A stretch of 64,000 nucleotides of DNA from Callorhinchus milii. Its lineage: Eukaryota. The notes below the pieces were generated by a model that did not search any database, was not told where the DNA came from, and saw only the letters and a program-made list of their open reading frames with translations. The position numbers and the translations under genes are program-made. Shown piece after piece: positions 63,030 through 64,000 of the stretch. Each line of letters opens with the position of its first letter. Position 1 is the first letter of the stretch. The DNA is taken from positions 21,826,001 to 21,890,000 of the forward strand of contig NW_024704743.1 in assembly GCF_018977255.1 (NCBI RefSeq), read 5' to 3'.

Positions 63030-63710
63030 TACACGTTCCATCGTACCCAATCGCTGCCATGGTGGTGTGGCTCTCATCTCCAGGTCCTCACTCCTTACTC
63101 TTCCGGATCCTTCTCCTCCTCCGAGCACCTCAATCTTTACCATCCCTCCAATGTTTCCCTTAAAATTCTCATCATTTATCATCCCCAAACCCTCCAATAC
63201 TTTCTTTTCCGACATCTCTACTGTCCTACCTTCCCTCTGTTCTGAATGCCTCCTCATCTTTAACCTGCACTTCACTCTTTCTTGCTCCACCTCCACTGAC
63301 TTCTCCGCCATCATCTTTCCCACTATCTCTCCTTCCACATTAATTCTGCCCACTCACATCGATGGCCAGCCCCTCGACTTGGTGATTACCTGGGGTATCA
63401 TCGTCTCGGACATCACCATCACTGGTAAAGCCATCTCCCTTAACTGCTCAATCTCCTCCCTGCTGCCCAACCCACTTCTATCTCCTATCGCCCCTGGAAA
63501 AAATCTCCCTCCACACCCTCTCCACTGCCCTGGAGTCATCTGAACTCCTGCCCCTCTGGTCCTCCTCATCTAATGACCTGTTCTCCTCGGTCACTCTCCT
63601 CCACAACTCCCTCTCTGTAATCCTCGACACCCTTACCCTCGTCACCTCCTGCAAAACCTTCGACTCTCGCAACACCCCCTGATACACCAGCTACTTCTGC
63701 TCCCTCAACT
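63030..63710 (+). mobile_element. L2 ORF2 N-terminal (APE endonuclease) remnant
   Basis: GGVALI and PTHIDGQPLDLVIT motifs typical of L2/CR1 endonucleases, in C-rich L2-like composition. Confidence 0.7.
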
Positions 63711-64000
63711 CACAGGCGTAGGCCACTGAAGGCACCGGGCACTGCGCTAACTCCCTGTTCGCCGGACTTGTTGTTCATATAGAGTAAGAGCTCAGAGTGC
63801 TTTACAGAGGGGGTGGTGAACACCAAGTAGCAGAGTGGGGGAAGATGGAGGTGGCTATAGGTATGAATGGTGAGATAGTTTTTTCTAACTTTTGAAGACA
63901 GATAGAGAGGAGGTGATGGGGGACGGGGGGTCAAGTGGAGAGTTTGAGGGAGGGACTTTCACACGATGGAAGCATAGTGTTGAAAACCTCGTTCACCAAT

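Overview
This is eukaryotic (vertebrate) genomic DNA. The repeat landscape (L2 and CR1 LINEs, Deu-domain SINEs, an LF-SINE-like relic) suggests a cartilaginous fish; that is an inference. The only protein-coding gene I can support is a minus-strand GPR158/GPR179-family class C GPCR. Its first coding exon is 28846..27915 (signal peptide plus most of the extracellular Cache-like domain), followed by a 26,067-bp phase-2 intron and a 106-bp second coding exon at 1847..1742 that the ORF track misses. Later exons appear to lie beyond the left edge. Just upstream of the ATG is a ~2-kb run of five different simple repeats with strong strand asymmetry. The rest is mostly interspersed repeats: 5'-truncated L2 and CR1 copies, two tRNA-derived SINE families sharing an L2-like 3' stem-loop tail, a Tigger/pogo-like MITE, two copies of a non-autonomous Helitron carrying an L2 tail, and an unclassified repeat in three copies. 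Several insertions are nested and have readable target-site duplications. There are no prokaryotic systems, CRISPR arrays or real tRNA/rRNA genes. I found no convincing wholly new system; the best leads are the Helitron family, the mosaic GPR158/179 ectodomain, and the SINE/LINE relationships. Repeat boundaries are approximate unless termini or TSDs are quoted.
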